Under the pieces are notes generated by a model. The model was not told the DNA's origin and did no database searches. It saw nothing but the letters and a program-made list of their open reading frames with translations. A program made the translations under genes and the position numbers. Shown piece after piece: positions 22,652-31,892 of a stretch of DNA of 32,000 nt (within the stretch, counting starts at the first letter, position 1; each line of letters starts with the position of its first letter). The stretch lies in contig NC_007181.1 of the NCBI RefSeq assembly GCF_000012285.1, positions 150,001 to 182,000 of the forward strand, read 5' to 3'. Origin of the DNA: Sulfolobus acidocaldarius DSM 639 (GTDB taxonomy: Archaea; Thermoproteota; Thermoprotei_A; Sulfolobales; Sulfolobaceae).

Positions 22652-23464
22652 TCAAAGTCCAGGCATCTTGGAGAGTAAACCATCTACTATAATTTTCTTG
22701 TTTTTATTATTTATAAATCCTGTTTTGTAATCATAGTATAACTCAGCTTTACTTGTAGAATCTACAACATCACCATTTAGTATATCATTCTTACTCGCCT
22801 TTCCCTCTAAAATCCTGTACGTTAATTCCTCCTTGTCTCTAGTTATTAGTACCCTATTTTTGAGGGGGTATACGTTATTGGCAATTATACCTGCAAGGAT
22901 ATATGAACTCGAAGTGGGAGACAAGTTTACTATGACAGGTTTTTTAGACTCTAAAGTCTCTGTTACATTCCTAAAATCAGTGTAAATATTTCTCTTCTTC
23001 TCGACGTTAACAGGTAATCCTTTGTTAAATTCAACTATAATATCCTCCTCATCCCTTCTAGCTATTGACGACTCTAGTTCAGAGTAACTTGAATAGGGCA
23101 TAAAAGTGTATCTTACTTTACCCCTTAGTATCATGGCTTTAGGGGGTAACCAGTTATTTCTTACGAACGTGACCTCTACTTCCTCGCTAATGGGAACAGC
23201 ATAGTAAATGTATTCTACGTATTCATTATTATTCCAACCTAATACATTCTTGGCGTTCTTCACAAACTCCACACGACTAGTTCTAAATTTTTCAAATATT
23301 GGTCCTAATTTCTGATCCAGAGACTTAACTAGCTTTTTCAATATTTCGTCCTCTAGATAGAGAGATATTAATGGTACTAAGTCTAATTCTTCTGCGATTT
23401 TTAATGTTCTTTCGAATAAGTTTTTTATCTCATTCTTCGCGCTAAACAACTTTACTGAGTTCAT
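22652..23464 (-). CDS. Conserved-looking hypothetical protein, function not recognised
   Basis: Single 270-aa ORF with normal composition filling the region between two assigned minus-strand genes. Confidence 0.7.
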   Translation of the reverse strand: MNSVKLFSAKNEIKNLFERTLKIAEELDLVPLISLYLEDEILKKLVKSLDQKLGPIFEKFRTSRVEFVKNAKNVLGWNNNEYVEYIYYAVPISEEVEVTFVRNNWLPPKAMILRGKVRYTFMPYSSYSELESSIARRDEEDIIVEFNKGLPVNVEKKRNIYTDFRNVTETLESKKPVIVNLSPTSSSYILAGIIANNVYPLKNRVLITRDKEELTYRILEGKASKNDILNGDVVDSTSKAELYYDYKTGFINNKNKKIIVDGLLSKMPGL

Positions 23465-23495
23465 CCTTACTAAAATACGTTGGGTCTTTTATTAA

Positions 23496-24212
23496 TCATT
23501 TTAGTTCGGTAATTTCGAAATTTCTATATTCCTTTAGTCTTTCTAATCTCATATTCACAAAGTCCAACGGATTCACATCAACAACCATGTAACTCTCGCT
23601 CGAGTCTAGTTCTCCGAGCACATAAGGATAAACAAACCTACCTTGAAACTTAGGCACATAAACTATACTTTTTCCTGGAAAATCTGGGGGAAAAATTGCG
23701 TTTGAGTTTATTATTGCAATTCTATTCTCTAGAACTCTAGTCCTTAAATACTCCCTCCACAAGTCTATTCCGTCTGTGGGAATTTTTGAGGGAACTAAAA
23801 CTATCTCCACACCCTTTAAGAACATACTTCGTATTACCTCTGGGAAGTCAGCATCATAACAAATTACTACACCTATCTTGATCCCCCTAAAATTAAACAT
23901 TGTGGTGAAAGTTCCTGGGAGGAGTCTTTTACTCTCCTCCAAAAACAAATGGATCTTCTTCGCTATTCCTTTTACTTCACCGTCATAACTTATAATAGGC
24001 GAGATTATTGACACACCGTCCTCTACAGCACCTGGAATTATGTATGCAGTATACCTCTTGGCTAAATTTCGTAAGTCTTCCAGTGGTAGCTCATCCAGTG
24101 TTTTTACCCATTTTTCAGGTAATAGCACTACTTCAGCTCCTTCTCTCAACGCGTTCTCTGTTAACTCTAATGCTAATCCTTTTTTATTTACCTGAACTAT
24201 ACCAAACTTCAA
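23496..24212 (-). CDS. Carbon-nitrogen hydrolase (nitrilase superfamily)
   Basis: VVLLPEKW (Glu), KIHLFLEE (Lys), IGVVICYDADFPEV (catalytic Cys). Confidence 0.85.
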   Translation of the reverse strand: MKFGIVQVNKKGLALELTENALREGAEVVLLPEKWVKTLDELPLEDLRNLAKRYTAYIIPGAVEDGVSIISPIISYDGEVKGIAKKIHLFLEESKRLLPGTFTTMFNFRGIKIGVVICYDADFPEVIRSMFLKGVEIVLVPSKIPTDGIDLWREYLRTRVLENRIAIINSNAIFPPDFPGKSIVYVPKFQGRFVYPYVLGELDSSESYMVVDVNPLDFVNMRLERLKEYRNFEITELK

Positions 24213-25342
24213 ATCTCTTCTGCCTTGGGTTTTCTCCTTTTGCTCTCCATTTTTCTCGATGTCTTAATCACTCTGTCCTCTAACTTCTCCACTGCTTTCC
24301 TTAACGCAGTTATTGGATCCCAGTCTCTTTCCTTTGCAATGAATTCACCCATCTTGGTGGAAACCCTAGCGGTGACTTGGTAGACTTTCTTATTATTTTC
24401 GCTTTTTGCCTCCTCCTTAAAGGCGACCTTAAAATCAAGAATTTCAGTCAATCTTTCCAGTTTAGCTAAATACCTCTCTAAGATGGAGTCTATTATTGCC
24501 CTTGAATTGCCCTCCTTAAGTTCACCAGTTAACTTAGCCTCTATCGGCATAGAAAGTTCGAATTTCCTTGCAATAACTTTAAGCGCATCAATTCCGCTAA
24601 ACATTCCCACAATCATGTTACCTTCTAGTACTGGCATACCTGATATCTTTCTGGTGAGTAGAGTATTCACTGCAGAGTGAAGATTCTCTGCTCCATTTAC
24701 AGTTATTACGGGGTAGTTCATTATTTCCTTTATCGGCATTGCCATTAATCTCTCTTCCTCAGTAAGTATGGAGGACTTCTTCTTTCCGCTAATGCTGTAT
24801 AATCTGTTCAGTATATCCCTGGCACTGATAATTCCTGCAACTTCTTTACCTTGTATAACAGGGAGTTTTGTTATGTTATTGTTACTCATTAACCACCTAG
24901 CTCTAGCCACTGAATCTTCCGCGTCTATAGTTATTGCAGGGGAGTTCATCACTTCCCTGACTTTCGCCTTTTTGAACTCCTCCTCATTTAAGAACTGTAA
25001 CAGTACTCTCTCCCGTGTAACTATACCTGTAAACCTCTTCTTCTCGTCAATAACTGGAATCGCTCTACTTCGTGTGGTGTAAAATTTTGCTATGACTCTT
25101 CCAATATCATCATTTAGATTTACTGAAATTGGAGGGCTCATGAGATTTACGACTTTAGATTCAGGACTAATTCTCTTCTTTAACAAGTCATTGTAACTAA
25201 TTATACCAACTAATAACTTCTCTTTCAGAACTGGTACAACCCATTGGTTTTGCTCCCTCATTTTACTAATAACTTCCCTTATCCTATCACCATAAGTTGC
25301 GATAACTTTCGGTTCCTCTAGTAGATTAGATAAGCTCATCAT
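24209..25342 (-). CDS. Protein with four CBS domains and an uncharacterised C-terminal domain
   Basis: Repeated CBS signatures: RAIPVIDEKKRFTGIVTRE, ITKLPVIQGKEVAGIISARDIL, ISGMPVLEGNMIVGMFSGIDAL; ATGA overlap with the nitrilase gene. Confidence 0.9.
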   Translation of the reverse strand: MMSLSNLLEEPKVIATYGDRIREVISKMREQNQWVVPVLKEKLLVGIISYNDLLKKRISPESKVVNLMSPPISVNLNDDIGRVIAKFYTTRSRAIPVIDEKKRFTGIVTRERVLLQFLNEEEFKKAKVREVMNSPAITIDAEDSVARARWLMSNNNITKLPVIQGKEVAGIISARDILNRLYSISGKKKSSILTEEERLMAMPIKEIMNYPVITVNGAENLHSAVNTLLTRKISGMPVLEGNMIVGMFSGIDALKVIARKFELSMPIEAKLTGELKEGNSRAIIDSILERYLAKLERLTEILDFKVAFKEEAKSENNKKVYQVTARVSTKMGEFIAKERDWDPITALRKAVEKLEDRVIKTSRKMESKRRKPKAEEI

Positions 25343-25392
25343 GGAAAAATCCTCGTGTACACTTATATAGTTTTTGATATATATTAAAATTC

Positions 25393-26433
25393 ATGAATGT
25401 TGCATTTCTATGGGATTATGATTATTTAAAGTATTCATTTCCAGGAAATCATCCTTTTAAGGCTTTAAGGGAAACTATGGCAAAGAAGATCTTAGAGGAG
25501 AGAGGAGCATTCCATTACATGGATGTAATAAAACCTGATTTAATAAGTGAGGAGGACTTACTTAAGGTTCACTCAAGAGATTATATCCAGCTGGTGAAAA
25601 AGAAGAGTGAGGAGGGAACAGGATATTTAGACGATGGGGATACCCCTGCATTTAAAGGAATGTATGAGGGTGCACTATCTAGAACGAGCGGGACTGTAAC
25701 TACTATAAAACTCTTGGACAAGTATGATGTTGTGTTCAATATAGGAGGAGGCTTTCATCACGCAAAGTACTCCTCTGCCTCAGGCTTTTGTGTATTCAAT
25801 GATGTCGCATTAGCTATCAAGATAGCTCAGGAGAAATATAATAGAATTGCACTAATCGATATTGACGGTCATCACGGTGATGGAACCCAGTATATGCTAT
25901 TTGATGACCCGAACTCACTTAAGATCTCTCTTCATATGTATCACAGGGGCTTCTTCCCAGGAACTGGTAACTATGACGAAATAGGAAGGGGAAGAGGTGA
26001 GGGTTTAGTATTGAATGTTCCTTTACCACCAGGTACTGGGGATAAGGAATACCTTAAGGCTTTCACAGAAACAGTTATACCTAAGGTGGAGTCGTATAAA
26101 CCTGATTTAATCATAATATTAAATGGAGGCGATTCTCATTTCACTGACCCATTGGTGGAACTTAAGTTAACCAACAAAGGATATGTTGACGTAATTTCTT
26201 TATTAAAAGATCTCGCACAGAGATTTAAGAGCAAGATTGTGATGACAGGCGGTGGTGGGTACAGCTATGAAGCCACAGCTAAAATTTGGGTACTGTCAAT
26301 AGCGACATTAGCAGAGTTAGGTTTAAGTGATTATGAGGACTTAGAAGACCCCTCATACACTGTATCGTCTGATTTTGTAGTAAAGAAAGTGAATGAGGTT
26401 GTGGAAAAAATAAAGGGTATACACGGTTTATGA
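25393..26433 (+). CDS. Histone deacetylase / acetoin-utilisation / acetylpolyamine amidohydrolase family protein
   Basis: [67 protein letters not shown]. Confidence 0.93.
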   Translation: MNVAFLWDYDYLKYSFPGNHPFKALRETMAKKILEERGAFHYMDVIKPDLISEEDLLKVHSRDYIQLVKKKSEEGTGYLDDGDTPAFKGMYEGALSRTSGTVTTIKLLDKYDVVFNIGGGFHHAKYSSASGFCVFNDVALAIKIAQEKYNRIALIDIDGHHGDGTQYMLFDDPNSLKISLHMYHRGFFPGTGNYDEIGRGRGEGLVLNVPLPPGTGDKEYLKAFTETVIPKVESYKPDLIIILNGGDSHFTDPLVELKLTNKGYVDVISLLKDLAQRFKSKIVMTGGGGYSYEATAKIWVLSIATLAELGLSDYEDLEDPSYTVSSDFVVKKVNEVVEKIKGIHGL

Positions 26434-27624
26434 AACTAGAATTAGAGCAGAGGCTTTTCTAACTTTCTCCTTTGCCTCCTCAACACTGTTTCCTGTAGCC
26501 AGTACTATACCCATTCTCCTTTCGTTGTAGGTGACAGGTTTTCCGAATAATCTTACCTGAACGCCAGGAATTTCCAAAGCCTTATCGACGTTAATGTATT
26601 TTGGTGCCCATTTCTCTCCTGAAGCTAATATGACGTGGGCAGCAGCTGGTGTTACAACCTTAACATCTGGCGTAGGTAAGCCTAATGCACTTCTTACATG
26701 TACCTGAAATTCGCTAATGTCACTACTCACTAATGTTACTAATCCTGTATCATGTGGTCTTGGTGCAACCTCGTTAAACAGAACCCTATTACCTGCTATC
26801 ATTATTTCAACACCAAAGATTCCAAAACCTCCTAATTCATTAACCACCTTAGTTGCATACTCTGAAGCCTTTGATATAACGTCTTGGCTTACAGTCGCAG
26901 GATGCCAGGACTCTATATAATGGTATACACCCTGAGGTCTCTGGTGCTCTACTGGGTAGATGGTCTTTGTGGCTACTCCCCCTGAACTGAGAGGATACCT
27001 GTAAGTTAAAACTGTAAGCTCTCTATCTATTTTCACATATTCCTCTACAATAACTGTCTTACTTTTTCCCCTTGCATGTGTTAGAGCCTCCTTAAACTTC
27101 TCCTCCACTTGACTTTCGTCATATATAACCTCGTGACCGTGACCACTCGAACTCATCTGTGGTTTAATGATACATGGGTAACCTACGTCTTTGCACATTT
27201 TCTTAACTTCTTCCGGTGAAGTTGCAAAACCATAGGCTGTTGTAGGAACTTTGACCTTCTCTGCTGCAAATCTCCTTAGTTCAATTCTATCCATACAGAT
27301 TTTCACTGCCCTCGCGTTAGGCATAACCTTTATTCCGTCCATCTCTATCTTACTCAGTGTCTCTGTGTTAATAGCCTCAATTTCAGCTATTACTGCATCA
27401 GGTCTCTCCTTTCTTATTATGCTCTCAATTGCACCCCCATCATGCATGTTCACAACATACTTTCTATGTGCAACATGCATGGCTGGAGCTAAATCATATC
27501 TATCTATGACGACAGTTTCTACTCCCATTCTTTGAGCTTCTATTACCATTTCCTTACCTAGTTCTCCTCCACCTAACCATAACAATTTCTTAGCTCCTTC
27601 AAAAAGAGGTGTTCCTATCTCCAT
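26428..27624 (-). CDS. purT: Formate-dependent phosphoribosylglycinamide formyltransferase
   Basis: [53 protein letters not shown]-like [29 protein letters not shown]. Confidence 0.95.
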   Translation of the reverse strand: MEIGTPLFEGAKKLLWLGGGELGKEMVIEAQRMGVETVVIDRYDLAPAMHVAHRKYVVNMHDGGAIESIIRKERPDAVIAEIEAINTETLSKIEMDGIKVMPNARAVKICMDRIELRRFAAEKVKVPTTAYGFATSPEEVKKMCKDVGYPCIIKPQMSSSGHGHEVIYDESQVEEKFKEALTHARGKSKTVIVEEYVKIDRELTVLTYRYPLSSGGVATKTIYPVEHQRPQGVYHYIESWHPATVSQDVISKASEYATKVVNELGGFGIFGVEIMIAGNRVLFNEVAPRPHDTGLVTLVSSDISEFQVHVRSALGLPTPDVKVVTPAAAHVILASGEKWAPKYINVDKALEIPGVQVRLFGKPVTYNERRMGIVLATGNSVEEAKEKVRKASALILVS

Positions 27625-27637
27625 GTTATATTTTTAC

Positions 27638-28252
27638 TTAAGCCCGGTTAAAAACTTTAACCCAGTCTACAAATCTTTTTACATCACTAAGTAAATAATA
27701 AAAACACCTCCATCTCCTAACTTTGCATTCACCACTCCAAGGAAAGACCACCGCACCGATGTCGTATATCTTCTCATAATCTTCTATTTGTTCGTAACTG
27801 TAATAACCTGTCTTAGCCTCAATTGCTATTTTGTTTTCCACCAAGAAATCAGGCTTGTTGTGTGTCTTTGCACCAAGCTTAGGCAAGGATAGAACCCTTT
27901 TATCGTTATTTCTCTCTACTCTGAGACCTGTATTTAATAACTGGTTATACACATAATCTTCAAACACTAGTCCTATTAGTTGATTTAATTTCAGTATTCT
28001 GGTCTTTATGTCAGGGTAAGCTAACGCATAATTTTCATCAACATTTATTCCTATTTTAGTCGTAATTTCCCTAAGCCTGTTTAAAAGGACTCTCTCTTGA
28101 CCAAGTGGTTTGAACTGAAATTTTTTCAATTCAACACCATTCTCAAAAACCTTAACCATTAGATTTTCAACTGTTACGATCACGTTACCATCGTTCTCCG
28201 CAGGTACTAATGTACCATCTGGCAATTTTTTGTATAAAAATACGCTTACCAC
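27638..28252 (-). CDS. Putative PD-(D/E)XK-superfamily nuclease-like protein
   Basis: GLVFEDYVYNQLLNTGLRV....NKPDFLVENKIAIEAKTGYYSYEQIEDY matches E...PD...ExK...Q spacing. Confidence 0.6.
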   Translation of the reverse strand: MVSVFLYKKLPDGTLVPAENDGNVIVTVENLMVKVFENGVELKKFQFKPLGQERVLLNRLREITTKIGINVDENYALAYPDIKTRILKLNQLIGLVFEDYVYNQLLNTGLRVERNNDKRVLSLPKLGAKTHNKPDFLVENKIAIEAKTGYYSYEQIEDYEKIYDIGAVVFPWSGECKVRRWRCFYYLLSDVKRFVDWVKVFNRA

Positions 28253-28282
28253 ATCTAATTGTCAAAAAAGTTTTTAATAACT

Positions 28283-28296
28283 CTTCATCGATGAAG
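28283..28296. repeat. 14-bp perfect palindrome CTTCATCGATGAAG in a divergent promoter region
   Basis: Read directly; lies between start codons at 28252 (-) and 28302 (+). Confidence 0.7.
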
Positions 28297-28301
28297 TGAT
28301 A

Positions 28302-28952
28302 ATGATTATTACTTATAGTGACGTAGTATGGGGCTTAATTTTAGTGGCATGGGTAGCCTTTGTCACCTTATACTTGTCTAAGCTAATTAATAAGTACACG
28401 AACACTTACGTAACAAGGAAAGCTATACATATTTTAGGAGGCGGAGTTGTGGCAGTGGTTTCACAATTCTTGTTCTCTTCACCATTGGTTCCCATAATAG
28501 CCTCCTATGCAATCATGATCTACCTTATAGTCCATAGGACTAGGCAGAAGATGTTAAACTGGTTCCAGGATGAGGGAGATAGGGGTGAAGTATACTTCTC
28601 CTTTTCATTTGGTACAGTTCTTCTCATAATGTGGTTGATTGAGCCTACGTTCTGGAGTAGTCCACTTAAATTCGTTCCCTTCCTCCCACTTTACTACATG
28701 AGTTTTGGTGATGGTATAACTGGGATAATCAGGAACTACGTGTATAGGAGAAGATTTAAGGGGTTTTGGGGTAGCGTAGGTATGTTTTTATTCTGTGTTC
28801 CTCTAGGTTACTTGATCTACGGAATACCTGGTATGATCTCAGGAGTTATAGCTACTATAGTTGAGACTTTGCCCTACATAGACGACAATATATCTGTTCC
28901 ATTCATATCATTCATTTTCCTTTACATTGCTGTAAAATTCCTCTATATTTAA
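28302..28952 (+). CDS. Dolichol/phytol kinase - phosphatidate cytidylyltransferase-like integral membrane protein (track start GTG 28296)
   Basis: [45 protein letters not shown], multiple TM segments. Confidence 0.82.
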   Translation: MIITYSDVVWGLILVAWVAFVTLYLSKLINKYTNTYVTRKAIHILGGGVVAVVSQFLFSSPLVPIIASYAIMIYLIVHRTRQKMLNWFQDEGDRGEVYFSFSFGTVLLIMWLIEPTFWSSPLKFVPFLPLYYMSFGDGITGIIRNYVYRRRFKGFWGSVGMFLFCVPLGYLIYGIPGMISGVIATIVETLPYIDDNISVPFISFIFLYIAVKFLYI

Positions 28953-29534
28953 ATAGCTCTTAGGGTCTATTATCTTTATATCTAAGTTCTTTGTATTAAT
29001 CGTGATAATTCCATTTAATCTACACACCTTGACGTCATTTAGGGTGATGTCTGGTGACTTTGTGTATTTTCTAATAAGCATCATAATTTTTCTAACGTCG
29101 CTTTCGCTTCTCTGCTCTGGGTTAATAAGAAGTTCCCTGGGTACTGGAGGTATGTAAAATGATGGCACTGCTATGTAAAATTGTTGAGCAATGTTACTGT
29201 ATCTCACAGTCTTTGAGGCTATCCTACTCATTAGATATTCTTCAGCTAGGAATATATTTGTGGGAGGCACATAACCAGTTTCGACCTCTATGGACATATC
29301 TACCCCCTTTATGGCATATATGTCCGTAATTCCCCCGGGTACTTCCACCTCAGTGTAAACTTTGAAACCCTTATTAACAAGGTAGGCGGAGAGGATTAGT
29401 TCAAGGACTAGATGGCTAGAGTTTACTATACTAGCCTTGTTAAGAGATAATAGTTTCTTGAATATGTTTTCTAAGTCTTCACTCCCTCCAAACTTCTCGT
29501 TTACTCTTTTGTAAATCTCATAAAATTGTTTCAT
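28908..29534 (-). CDS. Hypothetical protein with degenerate nuclease-like core; track start GTG 29543, ATG 29534 more likely
   Basis: [47 protein letters not shown] resembles E...D...ExE/K of restriction-like folds. Confidence 0.55.
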   Translation of the reverse strand: MKQFYEIYKRVNEKFGGSEDLENIFKKLLSLNKASIVNSSHLVLELILSAYLVNKGFKVYTEVEVPGGITDIYAIKGVDMSIEVETGYVPPTNIFLAEEYLMSRIASKTVRYSNIAQQFYIAVPSFYIPPVPRELLINPEQRSESDVRKIMMLIRKYTKSPDITLNDVKVCRLNGIITINTKNLDIKIIDPKSYLNIEEFYSNVKENE

Positions 29535-29539
29535 TTTTA

Positions 29540-29598
29540 TCACTCAGGATGGGAAGCGATCTTCATCAGTCTGTAAACCGTCACATCATCATTATAAG
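29540..29598 (-). ncRNA. Candidate C/D-box (2'-O-methylation guide) sRNA
   Basis: Minus strand 5'-ATGATGA(C)-TGTGACGGTTTA-CAGA(D')-C-TGATGA(C')-AGATCGCTTCCCATC-CTGA(D)-3'. C box 29592..29586, D' 29573..29570, C' 29568..29563, D 29547..29544; 12-15 nt guide spacers; lies between genes. Confidence 0.5.
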
Positions 29599-29631
29599 TA
29601 AAGTCTTATACCACATATTTAAGGATTTAAT

Positions 29632-30072
29632 ATGCTAAGTTGGATAATTGGCTCTCCAGCACCGCCTTGGCATTACCTAAGAGATATGTTTGAGGACTAT
29701 AATAACGTTGGAGTCTATGTTGACAGTAAGGGAAATATTCAGTTAATTAAAGTGAGTGAATTCGATGAATTTCATATAACAACTTCTGTTCTAATAAGTG
29801 GGTATCACTTACTAACCTTAAAGCCCTATTACATTAAACTAAGGAAATATGTTGCGTTTACCACAACAAGGCTAAATGTCGTTAAAGAATTGATTAAGAA
29901 CAGAAACTGGAGGAGTATGGAGTATTATTACGGAGATGAATTCGTTTACGCGTGGGTCATATACAGTTGTGAGATGTGCGAGGAAAAGCAGAGATTACAC
30001 CTTGAGGTTAATGAGGAGAAATTGAATGATGATGAACTCTTGAGTAAGCACCTTGAAATCTATAATTCATGA
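29632..30072 (+). CDS. Hypothetical protein, 146 aa
   Basis: Complete ORF in an otherwise empty interval; 13-nt tail overlap with the convergent gene. Confidence 0.6.
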   Translation: MLSWIIGSPAPPWHYLRDMFEDYNNVGVYVDSKGNIQLIKVSEFDEFHITTSVLISGYHLLTLKPYYIKLRKYVAFTTTRLNVVKELIKNRNWRSMEYYYGDEFVYAWVIYSCEMCEEKQRLHLEVNEEKLNDDELLSKHLEIYNS

Positions 30073-31058
30073 GGCTCCTTACCTATTTTGAAATCAGTTA
30101 CTCCATTAAATCTTCTCCAATAGTAATCACTGTCTTTCTCTCCTTCTAGAATGTATTTGACCAGCAGGTTTGCTATACCAGGACCTATTTCAGCCCCATA
30201 GCCATCTAAACCACCCGCAAAGTATAACCTCTCAGTTATCTCACCATATATAGGTCTCATGTCAGGTGTACCTTCGCAGTAACCCTCTCCCCTATATATC
30301 GGAAACAACTTACCTACTCTACTCTCCGCTTTTTCCACTGCTTTCTTATCGCCAATTTTCTTGTCAAACGGGGAGCACTCTATCACGTCACCATCTCCCA
30401 CTATACTTAATGGAAGCCCTATTCCCATGAAAGGTCTTGAGTAATATCCTAGCTCGTAATCATAAATGAAAACTTTGTCCAATAGTGAATTTCTGTTTAG
30501 GGTCAACCACGACCAACAATAGTAACTCTTAAGGGGAAGCCTCAAACCATTTATTGAAAGAGTATTCCAAGCACCAGCTGTCAGTATGAAAATATCATAT
30601 CTTGATGTGACGTCATTATTGTCCAGTGTAACTCTCAACTTATTATCATTTACCTCAACTGATACATTTCCGCTGATCTTAGGAACACTGTCTATCAGCT
30701 TTCTAATTTGAACCAAAGAGTCTGTTCCATAGCCTATTATGGCTTTATCCCTCAACCACTCAACGTACTTCTCTTCAACATTTAAGCCTAAACTTAACCA
30801 TTTATTGACGACCTCGTTACTCACTTTTCCGAGTGTATAGGATGTAAAGGACTTGAGCGGAATATTGTGTTTTACGTAAAACTCCTTGGATAGTATAGAG
30901 AGTTCAACATCCTTTCCAACCAACAACAAAGAGTGAATAAGCGTTGGCGGAAATTTCCTAAATCCGCTCTCTACTACAGATACCTCATGACCTCTCTCCT
31001 TAAGTAGGTGATATATAGAACTTCCTAGTATACCTTTGCCAATTACTAAGACTTTCAC
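30060..31058 (-). CDS. FAD-dependent oxidoreductase (DAO/GlpO-like)
   Basis: KVLVIGKGILGSSIYHLLKERGHEVSVVE dinucleotide-binding motif; YFAGGLDGYGAEIGPGIANLLVKYI C-terminal FAD motif. Confidence 0.85.
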   Translation of the reverse strand: MKVLVIGKGILGSSIYHLLKERGHEVSVVESGFRKFPPTLIHSLLLVGKDVELSILSKEFYVKHNIPLKSFTSYTLGKVSNEVVNKWLSLGLNVEEKYVEWLRDKAIIGYGTDSLVQIRKLIDSVPKISGNVSVEVNDNKLRVTLDNNDVTSRYDIFILTAGAWNTLSINGLRLPLKSYYCWSWLTLNRNSLLDKVFIYDYELGYYSRPFMGIGLPLSIVGDGDVIECSPFDKKIGDKKAVEKAESRVGKLFPIYRGEGYCEGTPDMRPIYGEITERLYFAGGLDGYGAEIGPGIANLLVKYILEGEKDSDYYWRRFNGVTDFKIGKEPHEL

Positions 31059-31094
31059 TTAATCCTTAAAGCCTAATACACTAAAAAAATTATT

Positions 31095-31892
31095 GTGATC
31101 ACCGAGGGTTACTTCGTTAAGTACGATGGCGTTTATTGGGCTGTTAAAGGATGCTTTCATCCACAAGGTTATGTCGTAGGTATACCTAGGTTGTATAAAG
31201 GCGAGAAGATTAAGAGGTATAATGATGCCATGAATATCGTAAGAAGGGATTTTCCGCATTTACTACGATACGTTGAGGAGATAGGTGCCGAAGTTCCTTT
31301 AATACCCCTTAAGGGCTCTGAGGTGCTAGATCCTTTTGACCTCAAGAAGGTGACAGATCCTAAGGTTAAGTACTTTATATCACTATTCAGACATGTGGGA
31401 ATTACGGGAAGTTTACTCTATTTTAAAGGCAAGAACTTTAACGATATTGATTTACTTTCATTTGACATAGGGAACTATGAGATACTCAGGGAGCTCAGAA
31501 AAGCTGGGATAACTAAGTCACTGAGTTCCTTCAACCAAGGAGAGGTTGAAATATTAAACTCTCATGACTTTAATCTGCTAAAAAGGGAGAGGGTTTTGGA
31601 AGGCATATTTCATGATATCCCTTATACTTTTAAGATAGTTGAGTGTGAGGATTTCGGAAAAGTAAAAAGAGTGGAGAAATTTGAGGGGAAGGTAACTATA
31701 GACAAAACCTTGAAACCCTATTCTTTACCGGTAAAGTACCTAACTGATACCGGTCATGTTTTGACGTCTTTTAGGACAAGGTTCACAGAGTTAAAGGAAG
31801 GATTAGAGCTTTATGTGGATGGTTTCTTGCTAGAAAGAGATAAATTCAGTGATATTGATTTAGACATAGCCCGAAAGGTGGAAATTCTTTGA
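31095..31892 (+). CDS. Protein with minimal nucleotidyltransferase-like motif
   Basis: VGITGSLLYFKGKNFNDIDLLSFD matches the hG[GS]x9-13Dh[DE]h signature of Pol beta-type nucleotidyltransferases; GTG start. Confidence 0.6.
   Translation: MITEGYFVKYDGVYWAVKGCFHPQGYVVGIPRLYKGEKIKRYNDAMNIVRRDFPHLLRYVEEIGAEVPLIPLKGSEVLDPFDLKKVTDPKVKYFISLFRHVGITGSLLYFKGKNFNDIDLLSFDIGNYEILRELRKAGITKSLSSFNQGEVEILNSHDFNLLKRERVLEGIFHDIPYTFKIVECEDFGKVKRVEKFEGKVTIDKTLKPYSLPVKYLTDTGHVLTSFRTRFTELKEGLELYVDGFLLERDKFSDIDLDIARKVEIL

Noticed and set aside
24008-25082. Plus-strand ORFs at 24008-24283, 24483-24680 and 24768-25082
   Set aside because: Antisense to nitrilase/CBS genes; hydrophobic shadow translations.
26717-27535. 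Plus-strand ORFs opposite purT (26717-26920, 27251-27535)
   Set aside because: Antisense shadows of a confidently assigned gene.
31059-31259. 66-aa minus-strand ORF
   Set aside because: Antisense to the start of the nucleotidyltransferase-like gene, no support.
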